A stretch of DNA of 64,000 nucleotides, from positions 78,109-142,108 of the forward strand of contig CAZJAJ010000002.1 of assembly GCA_964544335.1 (NCBI GenBank). The letters are read 5' to 3'. The notes beneath the pieces are model-generated. The model saw nothing but the letters and a program-made list of their open reading frames with translations, had not been told where the DNA came from and ran no database searches. Below are positions 9,684 to 20,554 of the stretch, one piece after another. Both the position numbers and the translations under genes were made by a program. Positions within the stretch are counted from its first letter, which is position 1. Every line of letters starts with the position of its first letter. The stretch comes from an uncultured Methanosarcinales archaeon. GTDB taxonomy: Archaea > Nanobdellota > Nanobdellia > Woesearchaeales > JABIAG01.

Positions 9684-10223
9684 ATGATCATAGGAATAAC
9701 TGGCACAAACGGCTCTGGAAAAGACACCGCCGCAAGTTTCCTAGTAAAGGGAGGATTCTCAAGATACTCCCTCTCAGACATCTTAAGACAAGAATGCGAG
9801 TTTAGAAAACTACCAAAAGACAGAGACACATTAATTCTTCTGGGCAACCAACTACGAAAAGAACACGGGGCGCATGTACTTGCAAAAATGATCCTTGAAC
9901 GCATACAACAAAACGAAGATGATCTTGCAGTAATCGTATCAATAAGAAATGGAAGTGAAGTAAAATTCCTCAAAAACCATCCTGAATTCAAACTCATCGC
10001 AATAGATGCACCAATTGAAGAGCGATACGAACGTGCAAAACAACGAGCAACAGAACAAGACGATATCACCTTCAAAAAATTTCAACAACAAGAAGAAAAA
10101 GAAATGAACGGCGAGGATGAACATACACAACAACTCGCACAGGTGATCAACATGGCAGACGAATTCATCACTAACGATGGTTCAGAAGAAGACTTCTACA
10201 TGAAAATTGCAAAATTAATCTAA
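9684..10223 (+). CDS. P-loop nucleotide kinase (dephospho-CoA-kinase/dNMP-kinase-like, COG0237-type)
   Basis: Walker A IIGITGTNGSGKDT at the N-terminus. 179 aa. Confidence 0.5.
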   Translation: MIIGITGTNGSGKDTAASFLVKGGFSRYSLSDILRQECEFRKLPKDRDTLILLGNQLRKEHGAHVLAKMILERIQQNEDDLAVIVSIRNGSEVKFLKNHPEFKLIAIDAPIEERYERAKQRATEQDDITFKKFQQQEEKEMNGEDEHTQQLAQVINMADEFITNDGSEEDFYMKIAKLI

Positions 10224-10705
10224 ATTTCCTGTTCTCTACTAAAAGGAATCTCAAGTGTTCCCGTTGGCAATTCAACAAATGCAACACCCTCAATTACAAG
10301 AATATTTTTCTCATCGTTTACAAACGTATTGAGTAAATAACTAACGCCCCCTCCAGCAGCACCTTCCCAACTCACTTGAGCATCTGATTCAACCACTTGT
10401 GTTTGCATACCTTTCAATTGAATCTCAGGAAGACCACTCTCTCCAACACTTTTATTATTCACAAAGAACTCAAGTTCAACTCGATCAATCGTAAGTGGAA
10501 CAAGTTCATTAGGATTAAACACAGAAACCGAATACGTCACATTAATGCCTTCAGAAGAAACACTATCGATCATTACACTCCCAAAAGAAACTTCTGGTGG
10601 CTCAACCAGCGATGGAGCAACAACCCACAATCGTGGAACCACAAATACGAGTGCAACGAGTACAACAAGAATTCCAACAAGCACAAGTGTACTACGCATC
10701 GTCAT
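10220..10705 (-). CDS. LEA_2 / WHy (NDR1/HIN1-like) domain protein with N-terminal membrane anchor
   Basis: N-terminal TM helix, then a beta-rich ~120-aa domain (VTYSVSVFNPNELVPLTIDRVELEFFVNNKSVG) typical of LEA14/WHy. Confidence 0.45.
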   Translation of the reverse strand: MTMRSTLVLVGILVVLVALVFVVPRLWVVAPSLVEPPEVSFGSVMIDSVSSEGINVTYSVSVFNPNELVPLTIDRVELEFFVNNKSVGESGLPEIQLKGMQTQVVESDAQVSWEGAAGGGVSYLLNTFVNDEKNILVIEGVAFVELPTGTLEIPFSREQEI

Positions 10706-11660
10706 ACGGTATATTAATACCGTCTCTATTTAAACGTTCTCTATGAAGGTGTAGTTCAAGAGCTTCTCTTTCCTTTCTTTCTTCTTCTATATTATCACGA
10801 AGATAAAAAGCAGGATCTTCAATGTATGTTTTCATTTTACCAAGAGCTTTTTTTTGAATCTGCCGGACTCGCTCTCGTGTTCTACCAATAGTTCTTGAAA
10901 CTTCCTCAAGTGTCTTTGGAATAGTACCATCAAGACCATAGCGCATGCGTAACACTTCTTGTTCTCGTTCATCAAGTAAGAAAAAACATTCATTCATCAC
11001 ATCAATAATATTCTCATCAGAAAGCTGTTCAGAAGGGTTGTCCACATCTGCTGCAACAATCTCTTCTAAACTAAATTCGCTGCCCTGTTCAAGTGGGTCA
11101 TGAAGAGACCGAACAGGTTCAGTAATGGCAGTATCAAGTCGTCTAATGACACCTGGACTAACATCTAAATTCTCATGTTCACCAAGATAGCTAGCCAACA
11201 TTTCATACGAAGGAACCTCTCCATGCTCACGAGTGAGTATTCCTTTAGCACGTTTGATTTTTCGAATCTTATTTGCAGAAGCAACAGGAATTCGAATAAT
11301 TCTACTCTTCTCAAAAATTGCACGTCGCATACCCTGTTTAATCCACCAAGAACCATAAGAAGAAAACTTAGCACCCTTATCAGGATCATATTTCTCAGCA
11401 GCTTTCATAAGACCAATATTTCCTTCAGAAATTAGATCAGGCATAGGAAGACCCATGCCCTTAAAATCATGAGCAATTTTAACCACGAGTCGAAGGTTTC
11501 TCTTAATCAGTTCATCTCTTGCATCAAGATCACCATCACGTGATCTATATCCTAGGATCGTCTCTTCCTCTCTGCTAAGAAGTGGATATTGACCAATATC
11601 TTGCATATATGATCTCATAGCATCATCAGTTGCTTTACCCTTACCCATGAAGAGAAGCAA
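10692..11660 (-). CDS. RNA polymerase sigma-70 family sigma factor (regions 1.2, 2, 3, 4)
   Basis: Region 2 has DLISEGNIGLMKAAEKYDPDKGAKFSSYGSWWIKQGMRRAI (like DLIQEGNIGLMKAVEKFD...YATWWIRQAI). Region 4.2 has TLEEVSRTIGRTRERVRQIQKKALGKMK. The N-terminal RSYMQDIGQYPLLSREEE matches region 1.2. Confidence 0.85.
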   Translation of the reverse strand: MLLFMGKGKATDDAMRSYMQDIGQYPLLSREEETILGYRSRDGDLDARDELIKRNLRLVVKIAHDFKGMGLPMPDLISEGNIGLMKAAEKYDPDKGAKFSSYGSWWIKQGMRRAIFEKSRIIRIPVASANKIRKIKRAKGILTREHGEVPSYEMLASYLGEHENLDVSPGVIRRLDTAITEPVRSLHDPLEQGSEFSLEEIVAADVDNPSEQLSDENIIDVMNECFFLLDEREQEVLRMRYGLDGTIPKTLEEVSRTIGRTRERVRQIQKKALGKMKTYIEDPAFYLRDNIEEERKEREALELHLHRERLNRDGINIPYDDA

Positions 11661-11707
11661 AGTATCTTCTATTTAAAAAGAATAGTGTGAAAAAGCAAAA
11701 GAAAAAA

Positions 11708-11793
11708 TGCGAGGGACGTGATTCGAACACGCGCATCCACTAAGGAACTAGGCCCTCAACCTAGCGCATTTGACCAGACTCTGCCACCCCCGC
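11708..11793 (-). tRNA. tRNA-Leu (anticodon GAG)
   Basis: The reverse complement folds as GCGGGGG / 3-bp D-stem GCA-TGC / anticodon stem CTAGG-CCTAG with loop TTGAGGG / 13-nt variable arm / T-arm GCGTG-TTCGAAT-CACGT / CCCTCGC-A. An A/T-rich TATA-like sequence lies upstream. Confidence 0.85.
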
Positions 11794-11907
11794 AAAGCAC
11801 TTTTAGGGTTAAATAGAGATTTATAAATGTAGTGTTTGGCTCAATCTATCCTCAAACACAACAACCTTTATAAAAAATCAACACAATTTCAACAAAGGTG
11901 ATAACAC

Positions 11908-12327
11908 ATGTCAGTAATTGGAACTAATCTTACAAAAATTAATGTAGAAAGAAACGAACACAATGGAAAACTATCAGTAAAGAATAATCTTAACATCGCA
12001 AACATTACCAAGCTCAACCTAAAACTAGGAAGCACAAAATCAAGCGGTGTACGAATAAAATTCCATTACAATGCAATCTGGGAACCAAAAGCAGCAACCC
12101 TACTCATTGAAGGGGAAGTAATGTACTTGGCAGATGAAAAAACAACCGAAGAAATTCTTGACAACTGGAAGAAGAAAAAACCAATCAAAGCAGAAATCAT
12201 GACTCCAGTAATGAATAGTGCGCTTAGAAAATCAACTATTCAAGCACTCGTTCTATCTCAAGAAATGAACCTGCCAAGCCCAATTAAGTTACCAAGAGTA
12301 ACTGCAAACAAAGACAAAAAGAAATAG
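11908..12327 (+). CDS. hypothetical protein
   Basis: 139-aa ORF preceded by an A/T-rich promoter-like region. No recognisable motif. Confidence 0.35.
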   Translation: MSVIGTNLTKINVERNEHNGKLSVKNNLNIANITKLNLKLGSTKSSGVRIKFHYNAIWEPKAATLLIEGEVMYLADEKTTEEILDNWKKKKPIKAEIMTPVMNSALRKSTIQALVLSQEMNLPSPIKLPRVTANKDKKK

Positions 12328-12434
12328 ATTCTTTTTCTTTTCATATCTTTTTTCTTATTCTCTAATTATTCTCGAAAATTTACCTATCATTCACACCAGT
12401 AATCTTTTTAAAAACAGGTGACCTCACGTCAACC

Positions 12435-14711
12435 ATGGCCAAAGGAGAAGTTTCCCTAAAAGTTGCAGAAGCAATTCAGGACGATGTAAACAAAGGTATC
12501 GTGCGAATAGATACCTCATTCATGAAAGACATCGAAGTAAACCCGGGCGATATTATCGAAATAGAGGGCGAGAGAAAAACCGTTGGCATTGTAGACAGAG
12601 CATACCCAGGTGATCTTGGACTAGACATCATTCGAATGGATGGTCTTATGCGAAGAAACGCAAAAACCGGCCTTGGTGAATCAGTAAAGGTGCGAAAAGC
12701 GCAAGTAAAAGAAGCAAAGAAAATCACCATTGCTCCAGCACGAAAAGGAATTGTTGTAAGAGCATCACCAAACACGTTTAGAAGAGGACTACTTGGACGA
12801 GCAGTAGTAAAAGGTGACATCATTTCTCTTGGCGGCGTAAAACGTCGAAGAGCAACCATGGCAGACAACGAATTCTTTGACAAAGTATTCTCCATGCAAG
12901 AAGATCACTACTCATCATTCTTTGCAGATCTCAAATTCATCGTAGTGTCCTGTGACGTAAAAGGACCTGCAATCATTACAGAAAACACAGAAGTCGTACT
13001 TAATCCAGAATCAGTTGAAGTAAAAGAAGATGAAGTCCCAGATGTATCCTATGAAGACATCGGTGGTCTTGATGTTGAACTCAAAAAAGTTCGTGAAATG
13101 ATTGAGCTTCCACTCAAGCACCCAGAACTCTTTGAACGTCTTGGTATCGAGCCACCAAAAGGTGTACTCATGCACGGACCACCAGGAACAGGTAAGACCC
13201 TACTTGCAAAAGCAGTAGCAAATGAAACCAATGCAAACTTCATCCTCATTAACGGACCAGAAATCATGTCCAAATTCTATGGTGAATCAGAAGCAAACCT
13301 GCGAAAGAAATTCGAAGAAGCAGAAAAAAACGCACCATCCATCATTTTCATTGACGAAATAGATGCCATTGCATCAAAACGTGAAGAAACACAAGGCGAA
13401 GTAGAAAAACGAGTGGTAGCACAAATGCTTGCCCTCATGGATGGCCTCAACAGCAGAGGAAAAGTAGTAGTTATTGCAGCATCAAATATTCCAAACGCAC
13501 TTGATCCAGCACTTCGAAGACCTGGACGATTTGACAGAGAACTTGAAATTGGTGTTCCAGGACAAGAAGCACGACATGAAATTCTTAAAATTCACACACG
13601 AAACATGCCGCTTGAAAATGATGTAGACTTACAAGACATCTCAAGTGTCACACATGGATTTGTAGGTGCAGACATTTCAGCACTTGCAAAAGAAGCAGCA
13701 ATGATTGTCCTTCGAAGAGTCTTCCCAGATATTCAATCAAAAGAAGAAGACGAACCCATCCCAAGAGAAATTCTTGACAAACTCATCATCACCCATGCAG
13801 ATTTCTACGAAGCACTCAAAGTCGTAAGACCAAGTGCAATGAGAGAAGTACTTGTTGAAGTACCAAATATTCCTTGGACAAAAGTTGGTGGACTTGAAGA
13901 AATCAGGCAAGAACTCACCGAAGCAGTAGAGTGGCCACTAAAGAAACCAGAAAGTTTCAAACGACTTGGAATCAAACCACCTCGAGGTGTACTCCTCTAT
14001 GGTCCACCTGGAACAGGTAAAACTCTACTTGCAAAAGCAGTAGCAACAGAAACTCAAGCAAATTTCATTGCTGTAAAAGGACCAGAGCTCCTTAGCAAAT
14101 GGGTAGGTGAATCTGAAAAAGCAGTGCGAGAAGTATTCAAAAAAGCACGCCAAACATCACCAACAATTATCTTCTTTGATGAAATTGATGCAATAGCACC
14201 ACGAAGAGATAGCAATCAAGACTCCAAAGTAACCGAGCGAGTAGTAAACCAACTCCTCACTGAAATGGATGGCCTTGAAGAACTCCATGACGTAATCGTA
14301 ATTGCAGCAACAAACAGACCAGACATCATGGATGGAGCACTCTTAAGACCTGGACGTTTTGATCGAATAGTACTCACTGCAGTACCAAATGAAGAAGCAA
14401 GACAACAAATCTTTAGCGTGCATGCAAAAGATATCCCATTAAAAGATGTAGACCTCAAAGAACTTGCAAAAAAAGCAGAGGGGTATGTTGGAGCAGATAT
14501 CGAAGCAGTATGCAGAGAAGCTGCCATGTTTGCACTACGTGAAAACGAACAAGCAAATGAAGTAACCATGGAACACTTTACCAAAGCACTACAAAAAGTA
14601 CGTCCATCAGTAACCAAAGAAATCGAAGAAATGTATAAAAACATAGAAGGCCAATTTAAAATGGCAAAAGCAAATGAGATGAAAGATCATCTGACAAATT
14701 ACTACGGATAA
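12435..14711 (+). CDS. cdc48: Cdc48/VCP-like AAA+ ATPase (two AAA domains)
   Basis: 758 aa. Cdc48 N-domain, then two Walker A motifs (GPPGTGKT twice), SRH regions and the archaeal CdcA architecture. Confidence 0.95.
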   Translation: MAKGEVSLKVAEAIQDDVNKGIVRIDTSFMKDIEVNPGDIIEIEGERKTVGIVDRAYPGDLGLDIIRMDGLMRRNAKTGLGESVKVRKAQVKEAKKITIAPARKGIVVRASPNTFRRGLLGRAVVKGDIISLGGVKRRRATMADNEFFDKVFSMQEDHYSSFFADLKFIVVSCDVKGPAIITENTEVVLNPESVEVKEDEVPDVSYEDIGGLDVELKKVREMIELPLKHPELFERLGIEPPKGVLMHGPPGTGKTLLAKAVANETNANFILINGPEIMSKFYGESEANLRKKFEEAEKNAPSIIFIDEIDAIASKREETQGEVEKRVVAQMLALMDGLNSRGKVVVIAASNIPNALDPALRRPGRFDRELEIGVPGQEARHEILKIHTRNMPLENDVDLQDISSVTHGFVGADISALAKEAAMIVLRRVFPDIQSKEEDEPIPREILDKLIITHADFYEALKVVRPSAMREVLVEVPNIPWTKVGGLEEIRQELTEAVEWPLKKPESFKRLGIKPPRGVLLYGPPGTGKTLLAKAVATETQANFIAVKGPELLSKWVGESEKAVREVFKKARQTSPTIIFFDEIDAIAPRRDSNQDSKVTERVVNQLLTEMDGLEELHDVIVIAATNRPDIMDGALLRPGRFDRIVLTAVPNEEARQQIFSVHAKDIPLKDVDLKELAKKAEGYVGADIEAVCREAAMFALRENEQANEVTMEHFTKALQKVRPSVTKEIEEMYKNIEGQFKMAKANEMKDHLTNYYG

Positions 14712-15019
14712 TGAAACTATCAACTACAGAAAACATTGGACAATCCTATGAAATACTAGGAGTTGTAGAAGGCAACGTCATACAAACACGTCACATTGGA
14801 AGAGATCTCATGGCAGGTCTCAAAACCATTGTTGGTGGAGAAATTAAATCATACACAGACATGATGACAAAGGCAAGAGACACCGCGCAAGAACGAATGA
14901 TTGAGCAAGCAAAAGAACTTGGTGCAGATGCAATTGTCAACATCAGATTTGCAACAGCAGACATTCTACAAGGAGCAGCAGAAGTACTTGCATACGGGAC
15001 TGCAGTTAAACTAAAATGA
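14711..15019 (+). CDS. YbjQ/UPF0145 family protein
   Basis: 102 aa. GADAIVNIRF...AYGTAVKL is characteristic of the YbjQ_1 heavy-metal-binding family. Confidence 0.6.
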   Translation: MKLSTTENIGQSYEILGVVEGNVIQTRHIGRDLMAGLKTIVGGEIKSYTDMMTKARDTAQERMIEQAKELGADAIVNIRFATADILQGAAEVLAYGTAVKLK

Positions 15020-15741
15020 CCACAGCAAAAGAAATCGTAGAGTTCCTAGATGAACAATTAGAATCAAGATCAATTGAAGATGCATCAAATAATGGACTAC
15101 AGGTAGGAAACCCAAATAAGAACATTGAGAAAATAGGATTTGCTGTTGATGCAACTCTTGACACATTCAAAAAAGCAAAAGAAAAAGGATGTGATATGCT
15201 CATAACACACCACGGAATCAGCTGGGGAGATTCATTAAAACACATCACAGGAAATAACTTTGATCGTATCTCATTCTTAACACAAAATGATCTTGCACTC
15301 GTAGCATATCATCTTCCACTTGACCTCTCAATGAAATACGGGAATAATGCAGTACTTGCACAACATCTTGATCTAAGAAAAGTAAAACCATTCTCATATG
15401 GTATTACAGGCGAGCTAAAAAAAGAACTCACCATAAAACAACTCGGCCTTCTCCTCAACAAAGTGTGCAACACCAACTGTAAAATATTTGCACACGGAAA
15501 AGAAATCATCCGATCACTAGCAATTATTTCAGGTTCAGGATCAAAAATGACGGAGCAAGCATCCCATGTAGCTGATGCATTCATCACGGGCGACCTTGCC
15601 TACGGTATGCAGCACGTTGCAAAGGAAGTGAAAACAAACCTTGTACTTGCAGGACACTATGAAACCGAAACCTTTGGTCTAAGAGCACTCAGCCCTCTAC
15701 TGAAGAAGAAGTTTCCTGTAGATACCCTCTTCATAGAATAA
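15016..15741 (+). CDS. NIF3 family dinuclear-metal-centre protein
   Basis: 241 aa. GFAVDATLDTFKKAKEKGCDMLITHHG and a C-terminal GHYETE are typical of NIF3/YqfO. Confidence 0.65.
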   Translation: MTTAKEIVEFLDEQLESRSIEDASNNGLQVGNPNKNIEKIGFAVDATLDTFKKAKEKGCDMLITHHGISWGDSLKHITGNNFDRISFLTQNDLALVAYHLPLDLSMKYGNNAVLAQHLDLRKVKPFSYGITGELKKELTIKQLGLLLNKVCNTNCKIFAHGKEIIRSLAIISGSGSKMTEQASHVADAFITGDLAYGMQHVAKEVKTNLVLAGHYETETFGLRALSPLLKKKFPVDTLFIE

Positions 15742-15775
15742 AAATGTTTAAAAGCTAAATCTCTTTAATACGATC

Positions 15776-16831
15776 ATGGCATCCATAGAACAACTACTTA
15801 TATTTAACAATCAGTGGGCAAACGCAGCACTTATTTTCTTTACCTTTGTTATCGTAGGGCAAATCTTTCTCTGGATAACAAAGAACATTGTACTACATGC
15901 AACAAGAAAAACAAAAACACAATTAGATGACCTTGTTGTAGAAGCTGCTCAAAAACCACTCTTCTGGATCATCACACTCTTTGGTTTTAAAGTAACCGTC
16001 AACGTTCTAGGATCTGCATTTACATACATAGACATACTCAATAATATTGTAAATACAGCAATCTACATCGTAGTAATTATCCTCATCTCACGTATTTTTA
16101 ATGCAATCATCATGTCATGGGGACAATCATTTGCATCAAAAACAAAATCACAAGCAGATGATACCATCCTACTCTTACTACACAAAGGAATCGCAATCAC
16201 TATTTGGGTACTTGGTTCACTCTACATTCTTAGCACATGGGGTATTCAAATAACACCGCTTCTAGCATCACTTGGTGTTGCAGGTATCGCAATTGCATTT
16301 GCTCTGCAAGAAACACTATCTAACATCTTTGGTGGTATCTCTGTAATCCTTGATAAGAATCTCTATGTGGGCGAAGTCATTGACATTGGTGGAGATGGCA
16401 CTAAAAAAGGAACCGTAATGGACATTGGCATGCGATCAACCAAAATCAAAACCTTCGATAATGAAGAAATGATTGTACCAAACAGCCAAGTAGCAAACTC
16501 AGTACTCATTAATGCAGCAGAACCCTCCAAATCAGTTCGTGTAGTTATTCCATTTGGAGTTGCATATGGATCAGATCCAGACAAAGTAAAGAAACTGGTA
16601 CTTGACGCACTCGTAAAATATATTCCTGACATCATGGAAGACCCAGAACCAAGCGTAAAGTTCCTTGAAATGGCTGACTCTTCACTTAACTTCAAAGCAT
16701 ACTTTTACATCAAAGACTACAAAAAGAAACTAGGGACAATAGATCTTGCAAACACCGTAGTATACAAAATACTCAATAAAAACAAGATCGAGATCCCATT
16801 CCCACAAATGGATGTGCACATAAGGAAATGA
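15776..16831 (+). CDS. mechanosensitive ion channel, MscS family
   Basis: N-terminal TM helices followed by the MscS beta domain (VGEVIDIGGDGTKKGTVMDIGMRSTKIKTFDNEEMIVPNSQ). Confidence 0.75.
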   Translation: MASIEQLLIFNNQWANAALIFFTFVIVGQIFLWITKNIVLHATRKTKTQLDDLVVEAAQKPLFWIITLFGFKVTVNVLGSAFTYIDILNNIVNTAIYIVVIILISRIFNAIIMSWGQSFASKTKSQADDTILLLLHKGIAITIWVLGSLYILSTWGIQITPLLASLGVAGIAIAFALQETLSNIFGGISVILDKNLYVGEVIDIGGDGTKKGTVMDIGMRSTKIKTFDNEEMIVPNSQVANSVLINAAEPSKSVRVVIPFGVAYGSDPDKVKKLVLDALVKYIPDIMEDPEPSVKFLEMADSSLNFKAYFYIKDYKKKLGTIDLANTVVYKILNKNKIEIPFPQMDVHIRK

Positions 16832-17421
16832 ACGACGAAAAGAAAATATCATTAAAACTTTCTTTTGCTATTTTTGTATGTTTAATAGGAATCCCTTATG
16901 CTGCCAGATTATTCATTGAAATTTTAGGGAGGATACACATACCATTCGTAGTGACGGCACTCTTGCCTGTTTTTTTAATATGTTTCATCGTAGTATTAAT
17001 CTCTTTTATTCCTATGACTCTCTTACTCTTGCCGCTTGAAGAAATTAATCCAGGAGTAGACCTTCTAGATACAGCAGGCTATCTGCAGTATGAACCTACT
17101 CTTTTAGGATACATAGTGTATGCCGTAGTAATTTGCCTGGCAATTCTTTTTGGAAATCTCTACGTATGGTATGGTGATAGAGTGGCAGAAAAAATAGGCA
17201 GAATGTCAACTCAATTATTCTCATGCGCATACATAAAAGCATACGCCTTTGCGCTTATTGCAATAGATATACTCTCTTTTCTTGTACTAGTTGCCTTAGA
17301 ACTAATAGGAATTCGTGAAGGCATCTTGGTATCTACTATTACGTGGATTTCTGCAATAGGTTTTTTACTATTGATCCCAACAGGAATACTCTTTCTAATC
17401 AAATATCTAAAAAGAAGATAA
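16828..17421 (+). CDS. polytopic membrane protein, unknown function
   Basis: 197 aa with ~6 hydrophobic helices. A/T-rich local composition. Confidence 0.4.
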   Translation: MNDEKKISLKLSFAIFVCLIGIPYAARLFIEILGRIHIPFVVTALLPVFLICFIVVLISFIPMTLLLLPLEEINPGVDLLDTAGYLQYEPTLLGYIVYAVVICLAILFGNLYVWYGDRVAEKIGRMSTQLFSCAYIKAYAFALIAIDILSFLVLVALELIGIREGILVSTITWISAIGFLLLIPTGILFLIKYLKRR

Positions 17422-17451
17422 TTTATATACAATTTTCATATATCTTCAAGT

Positions 17452-18318
17452 ATGATTAAACAAATTCTATCAAAACACGAAGATCTCTTTGGAAAGAATC
17501 CAGTCTATAAAGAGATAGGGTCTGGTGAAAATCACACTAATTACAAAATTGGAAAATACGTACTTCGTATATCAAGATCCAAATGGGCAGATTTACCAAA
17601 GGAGTTTGAATCTCTTAAGAAACTTCCAAATGGTTTAGGACCAAAGCCCATCTATTTGGGAAAAAATTATCTCATTCTTTCATATGTTGAGGGAAAGCAT
17701 GTATATAGATGGAGAGATAAACACGTAAAACAAGTAGCAAGAGAGTTTAAACGTATCCACAAGAAAAAATATGAATACACGACAGTTCACAAAAGAAAAA
17801 CCAAATGCATAAATATACTTAAGCTATTTCAAGAAGAAGTAAAAGAATACAAATCCTCGCTAAAAGACCCATATGTTAAAATAGCGTATAATTTACTCAA
17901 AAAAAGGAACCAACAAATAAATAACGTATCTGCCTTTTCTCAAGTGCATGGAGATCCAAATATCCCAAATATCTTATTCTCAAAAGAAGGAGCAAAGTTC
18001 ATTGATTTTGAGTGGGCAAAGATTTCGGATCCTGCATCTGATATTGGATCCCTTTACCGTATATATGCAGTATATCCGTGGAATCCAAAATTTACTGATG
18101 AAAAATTAAATTTTTTCCTAAAAGAATACGGAAACACTTCAAGAGAATTTAAAGAAAGAGTATGTACTTGGAACATATTGCACGTATGTCTTGATTACTT
18201 ATTTTTCTCATGGATGATTTCATCAAAACGAGAAATGCCTAAAAATATGTCTAATGAGTATTACGTAAATGGAAAAGAAAAAGCAATGAAAACACTTAAG
18301 CACTTTCAAAACGCTTAG
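17452..18318 (+). CDS. aminoglycoside-phosphotransferase/choline-kinase-like (APH family) kinase
   Basis: [34 protein letters not shown] matches the APH catalytic loop and DxE/DFE motif. Confidence 0.6.
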   Translation: MIKQILSKHEDLFGKNPVYKEIGSGENHTNYKIGKYVLRISRSKWADLPKEFESLKKLPNGLGPKPIYLGKNYLILSYVEGKHVYRWRDKHVKQVAREFKRIHKKKYEYTTVHKRKTKCINILKLFQEEVKEYKSSLKDPYVKIAYNLLKKRNQQINNVSAFSQVHGDPNIPNILFSKEGAKFIDFEWAKISDPASDIGSLYRIYAVYPWNPKFTDEKLNFFLKEYGNTSREFKERVCTWNILHVCLDYLFFSWMISSKREMPKNMSNEYYVNGKEKAMKTLKHFQNA

Positions 18319-18895
18319 CAACTTCTTCCCAATTTACTACATTCCAAAATGCAGCAATATAATCAGGTCGTTTATTCTGATAGTTCAGATAGTATGCATG
18401 TTCCCACACATCAAGACCTAAAACAGGAATCTTCCCCTCACTAATAGGACTGTCTTGATTTGCAGTACTCATCACAGCAAGCTTTCCATCAGCAACAACA
18501 AGCCATGCCCATCCGGAACCAAATCGTGTTGCAGCAGCCTTCTCAAACGCTTCCTTAAACGCATCAAAGCTACCAAATGATTCAGTAATAGCATCAGCAA
18601 GTTTCCCTTCAGGAGCGCCACCCCCATTTGGACTCATAATGCTCCAAAATAATCTATGGTTGCTATGTCCGCCACCGTTGTTTCTAACAGCAGTTCTAAT
18701 ACCATCAGGAACAGCAGATAAATCTTTCAATAACTCATCAACATCCTTCTCTGCAAGATCGCTTCCCTCTAGTGCAGCATTAAGTTTATTCACATATCCT
18801 GCATGATGTTTATCGTGATGGATCTCCATCGTACGCGCATCAATGTGCGGTTCAAGTGCAGAAAATTCGTATGGTAAATTTGGTAATGTATTCAT
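18296..18895 (-). CDS. sod: Fe/Mn superoxide dismutase
   Basis: 199 aa. [15 protein letters not shown] and DVWEHAYY metal-ligand motifs. Confidence 0.95.
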   Translation of the reverse strand: MNTLPNLPYEFSALEPHIDARTMEIHHDKHHAGYVNKLNAALEGSDLAEKDVDELLKDLSAVPDGIRTAVRNNGGGHSNHRLFWSIMSPNGGGAPEGKLADAITESFGSFDAFKEAFEKAAATRFGSGWAWLVVADGKLAVMSTANQDSPISEGKIPVLGLDVWEHAYYLNYQNKRPDYIAAFWNVVNWEEVAKRFESA

Positions 18896-18930
18896 AATAA
18901 TCCCTCCATTATTAAGGTAAAAAGCACCAA

Positions 18931-20001
18931 TTATAAGTCTTTCTGTGCTTGAGGCAATCGTACCGTAAACGTAGTACCTTCATCAACTTCAGACACACAA
19001 TGAATCTCTCCATCATGTGCACAAACAATTTCTCTACAGCTGTACAGCCCAAGACCCGTTCCATTTTCTTTTCCAAAAGTGGCATATGGTTCAAAAATAA
19101 TTGGCAGATGCACAGCTGAAATACCACAGCCCGTATCTTTAACTTCATATACAACACAATCATCTTCATCTATGCAACTAAAGGTGATGAGTCCTGTATG
19201 ATTACCAAAGCTTTCTCTTGCATTTTTCACAAGATTCACAAATACGTCTTCTATTTTTGTTTGGTCAACACAAACTAGTGATTGTGATCGTCCTCTGGTA
19301 AATAAATCAACGCCTTCTTTCCTAAATAAGTTTGTATAACGATCCTTCATCGCATCAACAAAATAATTGGCCCCAATAAATGCTCTCTCATAGGTACGCT
19401 TCCCTCTAAGATCTTCCATAACATTATTAAGTCGTGCAACAGATCGTTCATAGGCATCAATGATTTGTTGCACATCTTCTCTTTGCTCCTCACTAATATT
19501 ATCTTCGAGAAGGAAACGTGCATAATTTCCGACGGGCATAAGTAAATTTCTCATATCATGTAGTGCCCTATCTACATGAAATCGTGTCTGTTGTGCTTCT
19601 TCCAAAAGTTCCATCTGATCACTAATGTCATCAACCCATCCTTGCACTCTATTATCATTTCGAAGAACTCTACTATTAATTCTTCCAACAAACGTAGAAT
19701 CACATCCATAGTGGGCAAATCGTGAAGATACATGTATCTCTCCATTAGAAATAAGCTCATTAAGACACACTTCTCTATGTTGTTTATCTATCCAAAGTTC
19801 TTTTGGAAGCACACTCTCGCGAAGCATTCTTTTTACATCGGCTCGAGCAATTCTAAAACGTTCTTCAGAAGCATAGTGGTCTTTTGGACCAAGAAAATAT
19901 CGCACCAATTGATCATTACACACAACAGGACCACTAAATGGATCAATACCATCATTTATTTCAAAAAATCCAATATTTGCGTGCTCTTCGGTGGAATACA
20001 T
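18931..20001 (-). CDS. sensor histidine kinase (PAS-like N-terminus, HisKA, HATPase_c)
   Basis: H-box region [20 protein letters not shown]-binding G boxes VKDTGCGI...GTGLGLYSC. Confidence 0.8.
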   Translation of the reverse strand: MYSTEEHANIGFFEINDGIDPFSGPVVCNDQLVRYFLGPKDHYASEERFRIARADVKRMLRESVLPKELWIDKQHREVCLNELISNGEIHVSSRFAHYGCDSTFVGRINSRVLRNDNRVQGWVDDISDQMELLEEAQQTRFHVDRALHDMRNLLMPVGNYARFLLEDNISEEQREDVQQIIDAYERSVARLNNVMEDLRGKRTYERAFIGANYFVDAMKDRYTNLFRKEGVDLFTRGRSQSLVCVDQTKIEDVFVNLVKNARESFGNHTGLITFSCIDEDDCVVYEVKDTGCGISAVHLPIIFEPYATFGKENGTGLGLYSCREIVCAHDGEIHCVSEVDEGTTFTVRLPQAQKDL

Positions 20002-20036
20002 GCAAGAAGATAACGCGTATAATTATTTAAAGAGTT

Positions 20037-20327
20037 CTACTCCTCATCAATTCGAGCAAGCGTAACATCAATAGTACTCACACGTACCATCTTGCCCTCA
20101 TCATTCTCAAACTCTTCACTATCAAGGTGCACATCTTTTACTACAACCTTATTCTCAAGAAATCGTTTCTGAGCAACCATGACAACATCCACTGCTCGGT
20201 TAATAAATTTCCCACGTGCACGCACAACAACTTCCTGTGCATCTTTAGTGGTAAACTGCATAACAATTGCAGTAACATAATTCATGAATGGTCTATTGCC
20301 AATAAAAATAGAATTTTCAGAGCTCAT
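20037..20327 (-). CDS. albA: DNA/RNA-binding protein Alba
   Basis: 96 aa. NYVTAIVMQF...ARGKFINRAVDVV...RVSTIDVTL matches the Alba fold consensus. Confidence 0.8.
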   Translation of the reverse strand: MSSENSIFIGNRPFMNYVTAIVMQFTTKDAQEVVVRARGKFINRAVDVVMVAQKRFLENKVVVKDVHLDSEEFENDEGKMVRVSTIDVTLARIDEE

Positions 20328-20512
20328 TGTTTAGCTTTAACAAGCCGAGTAATGTATCCAGTAATCACATTACGCATTTTTTTACTCTCAAATGTAGCAA
20401 CTTCTTGCACAGCTTCTTTGTTCTTACTAAAGTCTTTAGTGAACTTCGTAGGGTGTGCAGCCAAGATTTCTCTTGTCTTTCTCTTGATTAATGCGGTTTT
20501 GATACGTCCCAT
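20324..20512 (-). CDS. rps17e: 30S ribosomal protein S17e (eS17)
   Basis: MGRIKTALIKRKTREIL...SKKMRNVITGYITRLVK closely matches S17e (MGRVRTKTVKKAAR...SKKLRNKIAGYVTHLMK). Confidence 0.85.
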   Translation of the reverse strand: MGRIKTALIKRKTREILAAHPTKFTKDFSKNKEAVQEVATFESKKMRNVITGYITRLVKAKQ

Positions 20513-20554
20513 ACTCCCAAGAAGCCCAAGTTGATTTATAAAGTTAACGCTTAC

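Noticed and set aside
9608-10075. 155-aa minus-strand ORF overlapping the P-loop kinase gene
   Set aside because: Antisense to a gene with a clear Walker A motif. Translation is Ser/Cys/Phe-rich with no domain. Spurious.
12476-14644. Several minus-strand ORFs (12476-12895, 13049-13273, 14216-14644) inside cdc48
   Set aside because: Antisense to a 758-aa highly conserved AAA+ gene. Compositionally biased Ser/Pro-rich translations. Spurious.
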